Source: an uncultured Propionibacteriaceae bacterium (GTDB lineage Bacteria; Actinomycetota; Actinomycetes; Propionibacteriales; Propionibacteriaceae). Taken from it: DNA of 38,600 bases. The stretch is taken from positions 1 through 38,600 of the forward strand of contig CAYUWV010000002.1 in the NCBI GenBank assembly GCA_964448385.1, read 5' to 3'. The first letter of the stretch is position 1; every line of letters begins with the position of its first letter. Below, piece by piece: positions 37,063 to 38,600 of this stretch. Position numbers and translations under genes: made by a program. A model generated the notes under the pieces. The model saw only the letters and a list, made by a program, of their open reading frames with translations. It had not been told where the DNA came from and ran no database searches.

Positions 37063-38062
37063 CGTTCCTCCTGATGTTGGCGGCGATATCAAGAGAGCGG
37101 GCGTCGCCCTCGCGTAGCAGGTCCCCGTAGATCAGGACTGATGGCACCAGGCCCGGTTGCGGCGTGGGCAGTCCGTCTCCCCAGAAGCGCTCACGCACCT
37201 CGACGCGGAACGGAGTGGGGTCGGTCGTCAGGCGCAGCAGAGTCACGGCGGAGCCAAGAGTCGCCGCGTAGACGATGCCGTCCGTGGCGCGAACCTGGTC
37301 GTCCAGCACCGCCGCCGCGGCGATTCCGCCGAGGAAGACCTCGCCCCGGCTTTGACCGCGAACCTTGTCCGGCCATCCAACTTCTGCGGCGTACAGCGGT
37401 CGGGGCGCTAGTGGACGCACGGCCAGCCGTCGATAGGTGTCTGCCCATGCGTCGAGCAGCCGGCCCGGGCGGGAGAGTCGCCTGTCCAGTAGGAGCCCGG
37501 CATCGGTGAGTTGGGCAAGGGTGCTGTGGACGGTGCCGATCGAGGCCCTTGCGGCCGAGGCCAATGAGCGCACCGAGCTGGCCGCCAGTTCCGGGTTGGC
37601 CAAGAGCGCGAACACCACCCGGTGGCTGGCTCGGTTGAGCGCCAGGGCACCCGGGGCTCGCTTCGCCTGCGTTTGCCGGCCCGCCAACTTGGCGTGTGTT
37701 CCCGTGGGGGCGGGTCTGTCGACGTCAGCGAACAGCACTGTGCGCCCGTCCAGAGACAGATGGGCATTGCCGCGCTCGTCCATGAAGCTGGCGTCTGCGT
37801 CGGCGAGGCGGGGGACTGTGGCGTCGTCGAAGCCGCTACTCACTAGCAAGGGCAGCCATCCGGGGTCTTCGTTGGGCGTCTTCGGGCTGCGGCCGACGGG
37901 GACGACCCGAACTCGATGCAGCGCCGTGCCATGGCGTAGAACGAGCCGTCGGCCACCGGAAGGCTGCACAGACAAGACGGTGACGTCCTTCATCCCTGCG
38001 CGCACCAGACCCTGTTGAACGAGGCGCGCCAACGCTTCACCCTGAGCGTTCAAAAGACTCAT
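37037..38062 (-). CDS. AbiEi-like antitoxin / transcriptional regulator (type IV TA)
   Basis: FMDERGNAHL, HTH SVRSLASAARASIGTVHSTLAQL, LLDAWADTY, RERFW, LIYGDLL..GDAR. Overlaps the toxin by 26 bp. Confidence 0.82.
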   Translation of the reverse strand: MSLLNAQGEALARLVQQGLVRAGMKDVTVLSVQPSGGRRLVLRHGTALHRVRVVPVGRSPKTPNEDPGWLPLLVSSGFDDATVPRLADADASFMDERGNAHLSLDGRTVLFADVDRPAPTGTHAKLAGRQTQAKRAPGALALNRASHRVVFALLANPELAASSVRSLASAARASIGTVHSTLAQLTDAGLLLDRRLSRPGRLLDAWADTYRRLAVRPLAPRPLYAAEVGWPDKVRGQSRGEVFLGGIAAAAVLDDQVRATDGIVYAATLGSAVTLLRLTTDPTPFRVEVRERFWGDGLPTPQPGLVPSVLIYGDLLREGDARSLDIAANIRRNDAHLRTLG

Positions 38063-38099
38063 TCGTTCAATATAGCTGAACGCCACCGTTTCTTGAACG
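38047..38099 (-). promoter_or_regulatory. Leaderless abiE promoter with overlapping CGTTCA/TGAACG operator half-sites
   Basis: The minus strand reads TTCAAG-N17-TATATT-N6-ATG. Half-sites are at 38047, 38064, 38077 and 38094; CGTTCA-N7-TGAACG spans the -10. Confidence 0.65.
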
Positions 38100-38110
38100 A
38101 GGACGCCCCC

Positions 38111-38267
38111 GAGAGGCCCGGTCGCATCGAGGTAGGCGTTCGTTATCTCGGTACGGAGCGCCTGGAAGATGTCGCTGCGTCCATCGCCGGCATCATCGTG
38201 AGGCTGAGCCAGCGCGTCGGGCGCGGTCCTGTCTTGGTTCTCCACGGTCTGCTCAACCCGCACCAGC
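38111..38267 (-). pseudogene. Internal fragment of a paralogue of the NYN-domain gene
   Basis: Ungapped similarity to 9384-9540 (offset 28727): HDDAGDGRSDIFQALRTEITNAYLDA versus HDDGGDGRSELFKAFRTEMTNAYLEA. Confidence 0.85.
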
Positions 38268-38336
38268 GCGGATACGTCCGATCATGCCGTCGAGTCGAGG
38301 GCGGGGCGTCGAGGCTGCGGTCGGACAATCCCGACC

Positions 38337-38600
38337 TCATCGCGTCACTCGTTGAAGCTCCAGGATCAACGCCCGGTCCGGCTGCAACCAGGGCAACCGG
38401 ACGCCGACGGTCCCCAACGCGCGACCCGAGAGTCGCAGGGGACCGCCGATCACCCAGGGCGGAACGCCCAAGCCGGCGATGCTGGCGTCCAGTCCGGCCT
38501 CGGCTGTCAGCCGCCCGCCGGGATCGGCCACCCGCACCTCATAGTGGGTGTCGGGGTCAAGACCCGGGAGGGTCACGCAGCCCAGGTTCGCGACGTCGGC
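38337..38600 (-). CDS. Alpha-galactosidase (GH36) C-terminal domain, partial
   Basis: VTLPGLDPDTHYEV...LSGRALGTVGVRLPWLQPDRALILEL resembles the GH36 C-terminal domain. Runs off the window end. Confidence 0.72.
   Translation of the reverse strand, partial: ADVANLGCVTLPGLDPDTHYEVRVADPGGRLTAEAGLDASIAGLGVPPWVIGGPLRLSGRALGTVGVRLPWLQPDRALILELQRVTR

Larger units (their letters stand above)
3149..38270. mobile_element. tRNA-Pro-anchored genomic island (decayed integrative/mobilizable element carrying defence genes)
   Basis: Begins immediately 3' of the tRNA. Contains relaxase and integrase relics, an ArdC-like gene, R-M, Sir2-HerA and AbiE. Ends next to a host metabolic gene. No attR duplication was found, so the right boundary is approximate. 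Confidence 0.7.

Noticed and set aside
38063-38263. Apparent N-terminal extension/fusion on AbiEi (408 aa ORF)
   Set aside because: It is a chance in-frame read-through of the NYN fragment and promoter. The promoter geometry supports the ATG at 38062.
38270-38340. Possible attR (duplicate of the tRNA-Pro 3' end) near AATCCCGAC
   Set aside because: Only a few bases match AATCCTGTCAGCCCGAC. It is better explained as a short GTCGG/CCGAC hairpin. I found no convincing att duplication by eye.

Overview
High-GC actinobacterial DNA (Propionibacteriales-like by gene content; inference). Core genes (cmk 3' end, der, a membrane protein, tRNA-Pro(GGG)) are followed by an approximately 35 kb decayed integrative element / defence island that starts right after the tRNA and ends just before the 3' end of a GH36 alpha-galactosidase gene. 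The left part carries mobility relics: a frameshifted, truncated MobF relaxase, a tyrosine recombinase-HTH-Cys-rich protein cassette with repeated palindromic boxes, a NYN/UPF0158/HNH-like trio, and an ArdC-like backbone operon. The right part has two convergent defence-like gene blocks. The + block is type III-like Res-Mod, Sir2-HerA and a UvrD-PD-(D/E)xK helicase-nuclease. The - block is HerA, Zn-ribbon NurA, a Dam-family MTase and a GHKL/sacsin-DUF3883 protein. An AbiE type IV TA pair follows. The best candidate for an undescribed system is the HerA-NurA-MTase-GHKL/DUF3883 operon. Both HerA-containing modules are preceded by an exact TGTCAG-N10-TAnnnT (PafBC/RecA-NDp-type) DNA-damage promoter motif. 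All family calls come from motif recognition by eye, not database searches.
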